DNA of 64,000 bases from Amphiscolops sp. MND2022 (lineage: Eukaryota): contig OZ076414.1 of NCBI GenBank assembly GCA_964187785.1, forward strand, positions 33,108,001-33,172,000, written 5' to 3'. Both the position numbers and the translations under genes were made by a program. Below are positions 48,919 through 61,892 of this stretch, in pieces (position 1 is the first letter of the stretch; every line of letters starts with the position of its first letter). The notes beneath the pieces are model-generated. The model ran no database searches. It was given only the letters and a program-made list of their open reading frames with translations, and had not been told where the DNA came from.

Positions 48919-51900
48919 CCCCCACTCAGTCTGACCTTCTCCTGAAGTTCCAGACTGCTTCCGCCAAGACGTCGATCCCTGTGTTTTTCAAGTTATGGCT
49001 TAGCCTGAGCTATGGTCATCAGTTTTGCACTCATGTTCTCCGTTGCACAGTATTGGAGTTCGACAGTTCCGTCCTCTACCCTCCCTCCGACGAAATGGTG
49101 TTTGATGTCTATATGCTTAGTTCGCTCCTGCATCACAGGATTCTTGCACATCTTGATGCAGCTTTGGATGTCCGCTTGTATTACTGGGGCTCCCTCGGAC
49201 TTGATACCCATCTCTTCCAATAAAGATCTCAGGTAGAGAACCTCTTGCACCGCTGCTGCCATTGCTTGATATTCTGCCTCGCTGCTCAAAATAGCTGCTG
49301 TTGGTTGCTTCTTCGAGTTCCAGCTGATCGCCGCCCCTTCCTTCTGGACAATGAATGCAAAACCAGTTGTTGACCATCTGTCATCGACATCACTGGCCCA
49401 GTCCGCGTCGCATGCTCCAAAAAGTTGAAGCCCGTCAGCCTTTGGTCGAAACGACAAACCAAGCTCCCGGGTGCCTTTCAAATACCGTAGCAGTCGCTTG
49501 GAAGCCATCCAGTGAACCTTGCCAGGATTCTCCAGGTATCTGGAGAGTCTGCTCACTGTTGCCAGAATGCCCGGTCGAGTCTGCTTGGCTATGTACAATA
49601 GACATCCCACTATTCCTCGGTAATCACAGCTTTTCATTTCTGCTGCCTCAGTTGAATCACCCTCTGGACAATCAACGCTTGTGATTGAACTGTTCGCATC
49701 TGCCGGTATTGACACAGGCTTGCAGTCATCTAGACCATAGCGTCTGAGGCACAAATCAATGTACCTGGTTGTTGCTTGATTGTCATGCCCAGAAACCACG
49801 TCAATGGCCCACGATTGTCCATTCTGAAACGTTGGTTCTAGTCGTCCTTCAGTTTGTTGATGCTGTCCTACATCTTGCAGCCAAAGATGATGTCGTCTAC
49901 CCGCACCAGAACGTAACACAATTCGTCTCCCACGTTGCTTGTGAATAAACAATAATCATTCTTACTTCTAATGAACCCCGTTTCCTCCAGAAAAAACTTG
50001 GCGTTTGAAACCAATTCGTCCAGCTTGCTTCAAACCATAAAAACTGCGTTGAAGTAAACACACTTTGTCGTTGCCCTCTGTGAACCCTTCTGGTTGTTCC
50101 ATGTAGACCGTTTCTGTCAAAGGTGAGTTTATGTATGCCGTTTTGACGTCCATCTGATGAAGCTCTAGGCCCCACTGAGCAGCTAGTGCGAACAAAGTTC
50201 TCATGGTCTCTGGTTTGCAGGTTGGACCATACGTCTCGTGAGAGTCCAGTCCCGCTACTTGCAAGAAACCCTTCGCGACATAGCGAACCTTGAACTTATC
50301 AATGTTTCCTTGCTCATATGTCTTGATCTCGTAGACCCAGTGCACAGTGATCAACTTTTTATTCTTGGCCTGTCAACTAGCTTCCAGTTGAATGATCGTT
50401 GAGCGAAATCATTCGTTTTGCATTGCAGTTTGCCACTTCTCCTTTTCTGGAGATGCCACTGCCTCCCTGCAGCTGCCAGGTTCGCCAGGGTAGATTGCCT
50501 CAGCACCATGCCAGTACGCTAGACCATAGCGCGTTGGGACCCTGATATCCCTTCTCGGTCGCATGCTGGCTGGTTGCACCTCAACTGTTTGGCAATTGTC
50601 TTCTCCGTGATCACCAGTGACCTCTGCAGCAGCATGAGCCTCTGTGCTTTCTTTAGTGTTGTCCCCCATTGTGTCATCGTGAGACCTTGGAGAAAACTCA
50701 ATGAAATGGTGAGTTCACTTTCATCCTTAGGTGTACACCTCCACCCAGAAATGGAATGTTGTTCTTGTCGAAAGTCACACCCTTTGCTTTAATCACCTTC
50801 TGTGTCACTGACCCATCTTGAGGTAGGCCTTGCTGTTGTCGTCGTAACCAATGAACGTTGGCCTTCGTTGCCTTGTTGTCCTGCTTGGACCTCTTTGCGG
50901 ACCTCTTGAGAACATAACCTAAGCAACCAAAAACCCAAATATGATCTAATTTTGGCTTGTTACCGAAATAGACCTCGTGTGGTGATCGTCCATCGTTGCT
51001 GCTTGTTGGACATCGGTTGCGGAGGTAAACAGCAGTTGCCATGGCCCTGACCCAGAATTGTTTGCCAAGTTTTCCCTCAAGCAGCAATCATCTTGTCATT
51101 CCAACACTGACTCTGTTGAATCTCTCATCCATTCCATTTTGTTGTGGGGTACCCGGCACCGTCGGCTCTTGATGTATGCCCACTGATTTACAGTAATGAT
51201 TGAATTCTTGCTGTTGAAGTGTATTCTCCACCATTGTCCATTCGAAGTTCTGTTGGTGCCCCGTAGCGAACCACGTATTCTTTGAAGCACTCAAGGGTGT
51301 CACTTTTGTGAACCACAAAAATGACCACTGCATATCGACTGAAATCGTCAATGAACGTCAGCGCACTCCATGGCCAGTGTAAACTGGGCACCTCCAATGA
51401 TCCTTGAATGTCGCTGAAGACCCGCTCGCCCTTGTGTTGGCTCCTCGTCTGGGTTTGCTTCGGAACGGGTAGTTCATGAAGCCTGGTCATCGAACATACT
51501 TCACACATCCCGCTTTTCGCCAATGTTGAGGTCCGAGTGCACCTTTATGACATCGTTGAAATTGAGGTGCCCCATCCGTCTCTGCCAGAGCGTTGCATCC
51601 CTTGCCTCCTTTGCTGAGTGTGCTCGTTCCAGGCCACTGAACCTGCATCGAAGATAGTAGAGCTGACCCTGAGGACACATCGGCAATGCTTCGTCATGAC
51701 CACATTGAATCACCGTTTGGTCACTCTTGAAGATGAATGTGTTGCCGCTCGCATCCGCCCTACTGACACTCATCAGACTCACATTGTAGCTTGGGACGAA
51801 CAAAACGTCGTGGAATTTGTAAATTCGCTCAATGCCGTTGACATCAGTAATGAACGCCTCCACAGTGCCCTTGCCGTTCACGTCTACCAGAGAGCTATTC

Positions 51901-52884
51901 GGGTTGACCACACCCTCTCCAGTGTTCGATGCCTCAAACGTCGGGAAGAGAGACCTGACGTAGATCACGTGATCAGTGCACCCTGAGTCCACTACAAAAG
52001 AGGACTCCAGTATCCAGCCCGTCCTTGAGGCTGAAAACGTCTTTGCACTACCTGAGCTCTCAGGTTCCTTGCAGTTCCGCTGATAGTGTCCCTTCTTCTA
52101 GCATCTATAGCACGTAATGTTGTTAAGGCCCTACTCCGTCTGAGGCTTGTGTCCAGCACCACTCTTCCTCAGCCCATGCGTCGCAACATGATTGCCAAAC
52201 TGCTGCTTCTCTTGCCTCACCTGTTTCGCGTCTTCTTCGAAGTTGCGTAGCCTCGTTCTGATCATTTGGAACGTTGTTGCAGGTTGAAAGCTCTCCTGGA
52301 CCACAAAATGCTCGTATTGCTCGGGAAGGTCTTGACTTTTGATGAAGTAGTCTTCTAGCCTCTCGGTTGGACCCAGGTGGAGTTTGGCCAGCTGTCCCAC
52401 AAGACTGACAACTGTCGGCATCTCAGAAGAATTGAAGCGTTCCAAGAGCATCTTCCATGCCAGAGCCATCTCCAAATCCATTCCTCTGATTGAAGCAGTC
52501 ACTGCAAAGGCACATCAGAGTAGTGTTGTCCAGCACCAGAACCAGTATGCACCAGACTTCATTGTTGCATTTCTTGATGCTTTTCATGGTCGTCTCCCTC
52601 TCAGCCACTTTGGTTTTGTGTTCTGAACTCTGCTCGGCAGTTGCCCGGTCAACTAGTTGCTCCAATTCATCTGGAATATCGTCATGACCCATCACAGCAC
52701 TGAACAGTCCCTTTGTCTGCATGAGTGCTACAAACTTCGTGCTCCAAGCGGGAAAGTCCTCTTTTTTTTCCACTGAATTGGGCAAGCTTGAAATCCATCT
52801 TGGGAGCCAGTTAGTCTAGATTGAGCCAGGCACGTCTTCCACAAGTTGAGCACGTCTGAGAGTTTTTTGCCTGGGCCTATAACT

Positions 52885-53337
52885 TCTAGGATTATGAGCA
52901 GGATTGCGGTTGAAGAAGATTGGAGAAGTGAATATTGCTTGATTTTTATTTGATCTGATTTGATGCATAATTGGTTGAGCATCCCGCATAAAAAGGCTAA
53001 AAACTGATTATTTTACATACAAGATACTAGTAGCGCCAGGTTCCTTGAAACGCATATAAATTCCAAAAAGTCCTCGACGTGAGTCGTACCATATAGGTTG
53101 ATGACGTAACATGATTCTTTGAAAAGTAGTGTCTTTCAGTGAAATTGACAGCAGTTCTGCGAATTGACCGAAAAGGCGCATTCCACTTTAATTCACGTCA
53201 ATCAACTGTTGTTGTCCATGTTCATTCTCTTTGTGAATTCATTTACACTGTTACACGGCTTGAGTCAGGTTAGTTCACTTTTCATTGTTTCCTTTTCTTT
53301 CAAATACTTGAAAGAACCTAGCTCGACTTTTCTAACA
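52885..53337 (-). repeat. Copia 5' LTR
   Basis: Starts TGTTAGAAA, ends ...CCTAGA, followed by the PBS. Confidence 0.9.
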
Positions 53338-53439
53338 AAAACAAGAACACTATCTTTTCCTAGAAAGTCCATTGCTGATATTTTTTGCTCTTTGTTTGAG
53401 TTGCTCTTCAGTTTCTCACGCATTAAAAAAATAAGGTTG

Positions 53440-53942
53440 GGCGACAATTCGTCCGAAGTGACGATTCGTCCCATGGGGCAGTTCGTCCCATTTTGAAAAG
53501 TCGACAATTCGTCTTGTTTGTGAAAAAGGACAATTCGTCCCAAATTGTTTAATCGATCAGCTAATTATTAACCTTTTGAAGATTGAAATTAGTGAATCGA
53601 ACAAATACAGTTCGAAAAGTAGAAATGATTGAGCATTGCATTTCACGAACGAGTTTTGAAATACTGAAGAATGTGAAAGAAGTTATCCAGTTTGCCAAAA
53701 CGACGTCCTAATGAATTGTGTTAATTGTTGTCACCTGCCTCTGAAGTAATTATTCCGCATTAATAATTACAAAGGTATAAATTGGCAATTAACTTGGGGA
53801 CGAATTTAAGTTTTTAATAAATGGGACGAATTGTTGCATTTTTGAAATGGGACGAATTGACGTTTGGGACGAATTGTCGCTTTTTGGAATTTGGGACGAA
53901 TTGTCGTTTTGGACAAATCGTCGTTTGGGACGAATTGTCGCC
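53440..53942. mobile_element. MITE/foldback element with GGGACGAATTG subterminal repeats
   Basis: 15-bp perfect TIR GGCGACAATTCGTCC / GGACGAATTGTCGCC; multiple internal copies of the motif in inverted orientation in the two arms. Confidence 0.7.
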
Positions 53943-53997
53943 TTGCGAAAAAATAAGCAGACCGTTAAAAAATTCCAAATCAAAATTTGTGGGTCAG

Positions 53998-55220
53998 TTT
54001 TTAGTCGGCGCATTTTATCAAAATGAGCCCGACTATTACAGTGGCAAGTTTTTTTTCTTTTTTTCGTCAGACCACAGAATGTAAGCGTAGTGGACACTTT
54101 TTACAGAACTACTAAAAGTACTGAACCGGCAAGCGGAATCACATCTGAGTTACTGCAAAGGGTCCCCCTTTCGTGTACTCAATTTTAAATGTAAGATACA
54201 AAACCGGACGGGACTACAGGGTCCCCCCTTTGAATTTTTTTCGGCACTGTGCGACTTTTTTTCGAATTTTCTTTTGTCGCCAAACGGTCCCCCCTTCAAT
54301 TTTTTTGATATTTTGCAGCAAACTGAAGTTTCAAAAAGCCCAAAGGGTCCCCCCTTTCTAGTTTTTCGGCAATGTGAGACTTTCAAAATTCTCATTTTGC
54401 GTTTTTTTGAATTTTTTTTCAAAAAATTTTCAAATTGTTTTTGTCGCCAAACGGTCCTCCTTTCAAGTTTTTTGATATTTTGCAGCAAACTGAAGTTTCA
54501 AAAAGCCCAAAGGGTCCCCCTCTCTAGTTTTTGGCACTGTGAGACAGTTTCAAAATTCTCATTTTTGGTTTTTTCGAAAGTTTTTTCAAAAAAATTCCGA
54601 ATTTTTTTATTGTCTCCTTCAATTTTTTTGATTTAGTCGGCGCATTTTATCAAAATGAGCCCGACTATTACAGTGGCAAGTTTTTTTTTCTTTTTTTTCG
54701 TCAGACCACAGAATGTATGCGTAGTGGACACTTTTTACAGAAACACTAAAAGTACTGAACCGGCAAGCGGAATCACATCTGAGTTACTGCAAAGGGTCCC
54801 CCCTTTCGTGTACTCAATTTTTAACGTAAGATACAAAAGCGGACGGGACTACAGGGTCCCCCCTTTGAATTTTTTTCGGCACTGTGCGACTTTTTTTCGA
54901 ATTTTCTTTTGTCGCCAAACGGTCCCCCCTTCAAGTTTTTTGATATTTTGCAGCAAACTGAAGTTTCTAAAAGCCCAAAGGGTCCCCCTCTTTAGTTTTC
55001 GGCACTGTGAGACTGTTTCAAAATTCTCATTTTTCGTTTTTTCGAAAGTTTTTTCAAAAAAATTTCCGAATTTTTTTATTGTCTCCTTCAATTTTTTTGA
55101 TATTTTGCGACAGACTGGATTTTCAAAAAGCTGAAAGGGTCCCCCCTTTTACAAGTTTAAAAACTTAGCGCTTTTTTGAGCCTTAGATATAGCGCCGACT
55201 CTAGACGTTCCCGTCTTGTT
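53998..55220 (+). mobile_element. HINE-like repeat with a head-to-tail duplication of its 5' ~635 bp
   Basis: TTTAGTCGGCGCATTTTATCAAAATGAGCCCGACTATTACAGTGG at ~53998 and ~54632; AGGGTCCCCC internal repeats; single 3' end GCGCCGACTCTAGACGTTCCCGTCTTGTT at 55220. Confidence 0.65.
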
Positions 55221-56165
55221 AGGTTTGATTGTATGTTTCCGTTAGTATCTCGAATGTGACAACCCAGGGCAACTCATTGATGACCATCCCGTTTTCCATC
55301 ACAGCCCATCTCACGGTATCCAATTCGGCGCCCATTTTTGTCATCGAAAGGTATTGAAAGGGGCTAACTTTTTTCCACCAATGGCCATCGCTGGTCCATA
55401 TGTCATGATCAGTGGATTACTCTGGTGTGAACTCTGGATGGCAAGACGTTGCTCTGTATGAGAGAAAAACACTGCACCAATCTGTAAGCCCAATGATGAT
55501 AATTCCATATTCACACAAAAAAGTTGTTGAGAAAACATATTTTTTGTAAAAGTTTTTGTCCAAGGCTCGTCTGTCAATATAATTCGTCTGGCCCGCATTT
55601 CTTTTCCTCGCAAATTTCCCATTGCTAGGTTGCTAATCCAATTTGTACAAGCCAAAGGAATGATGACGTAATTGGTACAAGAAACGCTTTCAAGATGTCC
55701 AAGATACGCGCTGTCTCGAATTCTTGACGCTGTTTACGCCATCGTCATTTGTTCAATTATCATTCAACTTTCATTCAATTTCATTCACTTGAAACAAATT
55801 AACACTCATTTTGCAGTCCTAAGTGGCGACACCAGAAAAATTCATCAAGTGTGAAAAGTTTCGATTAATATTGAAACCCGAAAACAACAGAATGCATCAA
55901 ATGAGCTTTAATTTGGTCAATTTTACCAATTTTTTCACCCTTTTTCATGCCAATTGAGGTTTCTATGCGTTCTGGACATAAAAACGAAGAATTAAAATTC
56001 CATGTTATTAAAAAAGAATCTGCACGTTCTTATTTCATCGACCAACTCACGAAAAAATGTAACGGGAGTTGATTTCACACCATCATTTACATTTTTCATA
56101 CTCTAGGATTGTTTAGGGCTTTTTAACTTCCAAGTTGAACATTTTCGATCACAAAAGTCAGATAT

Positions 56166-56550
56166 TTTAGTCGGCGTTTTCGAAGAAAAAGCACGACTCT
56201 TACAGTGGCTAGTTTTTTGGTCAGTTCAACGCGATAGGTCCACTTTTTGTGTACTATGCACTTTTACCATAAGTAGTTAGCACTTGATTTTGAACGCATC
56301 CAAGCCTCTAACATGAAATACAAAGCCATTCCAAAGCAGAAGGGTCCCCCTTTCCCACTTTTTTTGGCACGGTCGGTGGGACATTCCTCTCTTTTTTCGG
56401 CTTTGTGAGACCTTTTAATTTTTTTGTGTCTGCAGAGGGTCCCCATTCAATTTTTTAAACATTTTGCAACAGTATGGAAGTTGAAAAATCTCAATGGCTC
56501 CCCTTTCACATTTTTTGGCACTATAAGACTGTTCAAAATTCTCATTTTGT
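56166..56550 (+). mobile_element. Older HINE-like copy (5' part)
   Basis: TTTTAGTCGGCG...CGACTCTTACAGTGGCTAG start and AGGGTCCCC repeats. The right end is approximate. Confidence 0.5.
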
Positions 56551-59500
56551 CTGAAATTTGGTTGTATCTTATTTTAACTGTAGATTTTGCTGTGTTTTAT
56601 CAAATACATTTTTTTGGATATTTGAACGTGTAAAATTTTTCATTTTACCGTGAAAAGCAAAGCGATGAACGGCAAATTCAGCCTGTTGGACCCAGAATTG
56701 ATCTACATTACACATTGAGCATAAAATTAGTTGAAATGGGAAAAATAGTTGAAACCGGCTTCTATTGAATTTCACGTTTTCAAAAATTAAGAGTACCATC
56801 TTCGAAAGAAATCAGTATATAGTGTTTTGCTAGACACTTTACATCTTAGCGAACAATGATGTTAAGCTAATGGAAGCCATTGGATCATATCTTATTTGAT
56901 GAAATTTCAATCCTCGCCTTTGAGCGCAAGTGTGATTTTTTCCCGGCAAATGCAGTGCTTTTCAATTTGATTCCAAATAAGAAAAAGTGCCAATTTTAAA
57001 AAGTGGCGGTTATTAAGCTACGATTGAATTTCGTCAATCAACTTTTTCACTTCACGCTCAAGTTGAAGAGGCTTAGGTTTGAAAAAAACTGGGAACATGA
57101 GAGGAAATTAAATTGAATGGTTTTCTGGATATGAAGTATCAAGTATTCAAAGCCTTGAAAAAATACTTTGGCTTTACGTCACTAAAGCTACTTAAATAAT
57201 GATGACTGTCATTGCAACGCCTTCGCTTCATTAAATTTTTAGTTTCGTCTTTCATCGTCATTTTGATTAATTTTCTCCACTTTTCAACATTAAGTTTCCC
57301 GGCTTCTTTTGGTCTAATGACTCGTGAATAAATTTGATCGTGATGCAATTTTTCTCAAATTATATCGTCACAAGTTTTTTCCCTTTTTGGTAGGAGAGCA
57401 ATCGAAAAGAATGAAGCTAATTTAGCTGATGGCACAAAGGTAATGTTTTTTCAACCCCGTGCCTACAATTACTTAACCTCTAATTGACTTTTCAGCTTTT
57501 ATGAGGGACTAGACTAAAAGGGAAGGGGATACTTAGTTCAGAAAACCACCAAATGTGGGATTATTAAGTTACGAGTGGATGCTTCAACGGATAAAGAAAT
57601 GGCTCCGCAGTAAATAGCATTAAATGACGTCATCAATTTGAGTGCTCCATTCGGAAGATGAAATAAAGTGGGAAAAGGTATAAATTGGATGCTGATAACA
57701 CAGACAAAATGAGAGGTTGGTAGGAAAAAAACGTCTAGAGGTGCCTAGATTGGAAAAAAACACAAAAAAGAAAATTGTTTGTATAATTTATTCCAATTGA
57801 TACGCCTCGGAAGGACAGAGAAAAAGGTTAAGTATTGCACCGCACTGCGTAGCCAAATTTTCTCAGCGAATTTCGCAATTAAGACAGAAATTTAGAGTAC
57901 ATAGAAGGAAGCCATAAAAGTGAAATTAATGCCATCTCTTGGAGACAATTTAACTTAACCCAATACCTTTTCATCCATCAATTCACCCCCCTCTCTCTGC
58001 AAGGAATGATAGGCGACACTTTGATGGGATAAAAACGGGATAAAATGGAATATTTTAGGAACTAGAAGTAAGCGTCTCTCTATCCACGCATCGGAATGAG
58101 TTTGCCCGATGTTCATTTAAAAAAACTTTCAAAATTTTCATACTTCTAGTTTCTTCTTTCCGCTTGCCATTGTATTAGGTGGTCTTTCAAAATGCTTTTA
58201 GAGAGCTCTAGCTTTCGTTTGAAGCCTATAGTACAAATCGAATTAGATCAACTCTTTGTCGCTTAGAACAGGAAAAAAGCAAATTAAAAGTTCATTGAAA
58301 AGGCTTCAGATGGAAAAACTGACATCTAATGTCGGAAACTTCTGTAACTTCTGTAAGATTGTAAGGTTTGGTTGTCAGTGTTCAAGTGAATTGGACTTAC
58401 TTTTAGGAAAAAGTAAAGGTTCAAGACAAATTAACAGATGAATGAATTCGAAAATGTTGGTTGTTCACGCTGTTTTGTACAATAATCTTTTTGCCTCTTC
58501 AGGCTGCAATCATGTTTACAGGTGTTTCAATATCTAACTCAAAAAATCCTTCCCACACGCTATTGTTGCGTGACAGTGAATAAATGTGCTACTCTATCAA
58601 TAGTCACTGCAGTACAGCTCTAAAGCTTTCAATTTTATGGCATGAACTAATTCCCGGGAGAAAAAATCAATAGGGAGTTTTGGTAAACGTAGTTACCTCC
58701 TGTCTCAATTTGAAAAAAAAACGAACAAGTAAGAAAGGGTTTCTTGATTGATTTATGCGTACCAAGATCTTTTAATTGAACTCGAACTTTTGAGTGATTT
58801 ATACATATGAAAATCTTTGCTATTAAATTCAAACTTCTGGTTGATTTATACACAGTAACATTGTTTATTCTTTGGGCAAACGTCCAGGGTCATTCACAAT
58901 TTAGTAAAATCTCGGTTGACTCAATTGAGGATTTGATATTAGTGTTTTAATGGAACGCATGTTTAAATACAATTGTCACAAAAAAATTTTGAGACGCGTA
59001 GCTTGCACTGTAAAGCTTTATAGTCGGTTGTGCCATCTAACTTCCCTGGGGTTTTCTTCCGTGGATATTTTGTCCGGATCTTGAAAATTTTTTGCTGAGA
59101 TCTCAGGACAATGTTGAGAAAGATCTCACCAGATACAAGGTATGTACCCTGGTTGGAACTGCTTGAATTTTTTACATGCTAAGTTTCCATGATTTTATAA
59201 AACTCTCAAAGAAACGTCCATGCATTAAAACTTCACTGATTCCATTTAATTTTATCAAGCTGCTTACAAGATGCATCCAAAATTTGGCGGCAATTCTGCG
59301 CCGCAAAGTTTTGCAAGTTTTATTAGGACGCCGTTCTATTTTTGAAAGCAGCTGAGACTTTCATCATTTTTACCTCGATTTCAATGCAAATAAACTTCAG
59401 TCACATTATAAGTTTCAAAGGAGCGTCACATTTAGCGTGCTCTTTGACTAACGGTGATTACATAAGGTACTTACTTGAGAAGCTTACGCGTGAAAACAAA

Positions 59501-59663
59501 GTGATTGCGGCGGTAAAGAAGTGGAATTGTTTTCAGTTTCATTTAAAATAGTCAAGGCTGTATTGTAATCCTACAAAATGTTTCCATGCAGGCTCCCGGA
59601 ATATTCCATGTTGTGTAAAAAAAATTAGCCTGCTTGTTTCCATGCAGCATGTAGAAAGTTCAA

Positions 59664-59860
59664 CCCGGGTTTCCCTCCCATACAAAAACAGGTCAATCAT
59701 ACTCTGCCATCATACTCACAGTATGATTCCAGGCTGATCATACTCTGGACCATATATGATTCCAGGCCGATCATGGCAAGATCATAGTAAGGAAATTTGT
59801 ATGCTTTGTATGGTACCATAATATGGTCAGATTATGATCGGCCTGATCGGGAAACCCGGG
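59664..59860. mobile_element. Small MITE-like element
   Basis: 12-bp TIR CCCGGGTTTCCC / GGGAAACCCGGG with internal ATCATA/TATGAT motifs. Confidence 0.5.
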
Positions 59861-60161
59861 AAGCAATCTCGACTAGGGTACCGGCACATATGTTGCCAAG
59901 GTAAAGTTTTATCAATGGAGATATGTTTCCAAGAAACATTTTATCAAGAAGGCCAAGATGCCGAGAGAAATTGCGGCAAAAACTTAGTACTGCATATTGA
60001 CAAAAAAAAACATTCAGAACAGGTTTCGAAACTTATCATGAATTTAAATATGGAACGCGATCTAACATTTAGTGAAATAATCTTTAAAATCACTGGAAGA
60101 AGATCTATGATCATATTTAATGAGTACGATGTATAATCTGAATTTAAAGAAACAGGAACAT

Positions 60162-60872
60162 TGTAACGATAAGCGCTGGCGCTTGAACCGCAACGTAGAG
60201 TGGAGGAACTAGAACAGCGAATATAATCTGGGACTTAGATCTCCGCGGCCCTAGCTCATTTTCCCTCCGAAGGAGCCAGTCCCAAGGTGGGGGAACCGTC
60301 TTGTTGGAAACTCTCTGGCCTGGTCCTAGTCTGTAACTGCTAAAAGTAACGGGCATCTTGCATGTCTCAAGACCACTGCTCAATTAGCCTTTAAAAAGGG
60401 GGCTGAAAACAGGAGAATGTTGAGCCATAGTATTGGAGAATCTGATAAAATCGACATCAAAATGGGTAACTATAGATGTTAAATGGGCAGCTCTCGAGCA
60501 TATCAATCTACTACAATAAAGAAAGCACAACAAGCATAATAATATCAGAAGTTTGAGTTATTTGACAGGAATCGACCATGGCTTCCCAGCGCTAGCGCTC
60601 GTCACCGCACAGGACACCGCAGGATCTTCAGGCGAGCATCCGGAACACCGGTTTCTGCTACCTATGTAGTGTTAATTCCGAAGATGGGCACATCACCGTG
60701 TTCTAGAGACTGATTTCTACGTCTTTTTTGTCGTCTCTTTTCGCGGGGGGCGATTTCCGCTTTTCTGATATGCTTTTCTGACAGGTCTTTCGTCTTGAGC
60801 ATGTTTGAGTGCCACGTCAGATTTGAACGAATTTTTGCTTCGAAAATTTTGACATGGGCAGTTGCCGTTACA
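60162..60872 (-). repeat. 3' LTR (711 bp)
   Basis: TGTAACG start directly after the PPT; CGTTACA end followed by AT-rich flank. Confidence 0.75.
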
Positions 60873-61640
60873 TCACTCCCCGGGCTTCTGGCTTGTCGTC
60901 CCTGGCAAGCGGCATCTGGCCTCGTCTGGAAACGGCATCGCAGTGAATGCTGGGAACCATCATCCACACCTCAGGGGACAAGGACGAGTCCTTGTTTTTC
61001 AGCAACTATTTTTGTCAAATTTCGCGGTTTTTTCCAAGGAAAATTTTACTGCTTAGGTATTTGTACAAAAATGCAAACGAGGTTTTAGCACCAGCTCGAG
61101 GGCTCAGGTTTTCAGTCGGTTAAAACTCGTTTAAGCAAACAGTTTTCGCTAAAAACTCTTTTGCGACCTGGGTCAGCTGAAATCTCTTTTTTATGCAGTT
61201 TGCCATTCACAGTTTTCAGTCAATTTCGGGCAATGTAAAACTTCTTTTGGGAGAACGCAGATTTGCCTACTCATCAGACAGTCGATAGAAGATGCTTGAA
61301 CAACAAAAAACAAGAAAAAACAGCTAAAACCGTAACTAAAAGGCTAGAACTTTTTCTTGACTATGGCAACTCAAAAACACCGCGAACGGTGCGCAACAAA
61401 AATAGCAGTTTTTCTTTGGTAATAGTTTCTTTTTTCAACTTTGTAGGCCAAGCAGCTGGGGCAGGCGCACTCTATTGGCCGTACACCCAGCGCAATACTA
61501 ACAACATACTAACTAAATAACTACTAACAAAAATTGCACCTTGTATGAGGTAGCACCAGTTAAGGCTATAAGTTTGAGGCGATGAATTGGCAGAGTTTGG
61601 AGTTCAATAGGAGCGCGAACGCTCCAATTGGCGGCAAGGT

Positions 61641-61892
61641 CTACTGGGCAGAGCTGCGTCGAGCTCGATTCTTAGAGGCATCCTCCGAAACCCCTGTTTC
61701 CTCCGACGCTATTGACGCTCTTCGCTGTGGAGATATCACGGTAATCACTGTCTCTGAATCAGAAACGTCTTCAGGGAGTGATAATTCAGCGGTCGATTGT
61801 ACCAGTACGGCGTCGGGGGTTAGCTCAGCCGCATGCTCACCGGACTGTGGTTGCGATGACTGAGGACTGGTTTGTGTCGATGGTGGACTCAC
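61641..61892 (-). CDS. Orphan Ser/Glu-rich ORF W (83 aa, no ATG; frame open from ~61940)
   Basis: Low-complexity open frame overlapping the end of ORF Z; may be a frameshifted or spliced tail. Confidence 0.3.
   Translation of the reverse strand: MSPPSTQTSPQSSQPQSGEHAAELTPDAVLVQSTAELSLPEDVSDSETVITVISPQRRASIASEETGVSEDASKNRARRSSAQ

Larger units (their letters stand above)
48464..53337 (-). mobile_element. Ty1/Copia LTR retrotransposon, structurally complete but decayed, TG..GA termini, 5-bp TSD AAAAC
   Basis: LTRs 52885-53337 and 48464-48918. PBS AGTTATAGGCCCAG (52871-52884), resembling the copia GGTTATGGGCCCAG. PPT TGAGTGGGGG. Gag DFPAWSTKF, knuckle CYRC*KKGHYQRNC, protease LDSGCTDH, integrase LWQRRMGHLN/FIDDFSR/DNGGEY/PQQNG, RT KVRYVAKGF/QMDVKTAY, RNase H CDADWA/SSSEAEY. 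AAAAC at 48459-48463 and 53338-53342. Confidence 0.95.

Noticed and set aside
53437-55220. CRISPR-like repeat arrays (GGGACGAATTG, AGGGTCCCCC)
   Set aside because: Eukaryotic context, irregular spacing, non-unique spacers, inverted arrangement and no cas genes; these are MITE/HINE internal repeats.
55230-59600. Host gene exons (55341-55655, 57139-57348, splice-like sites near 57410-57500 and 59140)
   Set aside because: No ATG-led long frame, the candidate joins hit stops, and no recognisable domain. It could be a decayed gene or TE but is not supportable.
60360-60377. TGGTCTTGAGAC on the minus strand read as a PBS after an LTR ending at 60377 (tandem LTR elements)
   Set aside because: The 7-bp terminal inverted repeat TGTAACG...CGTTACA places the true LTR end at 60162, so this TGG is inside the LTR.
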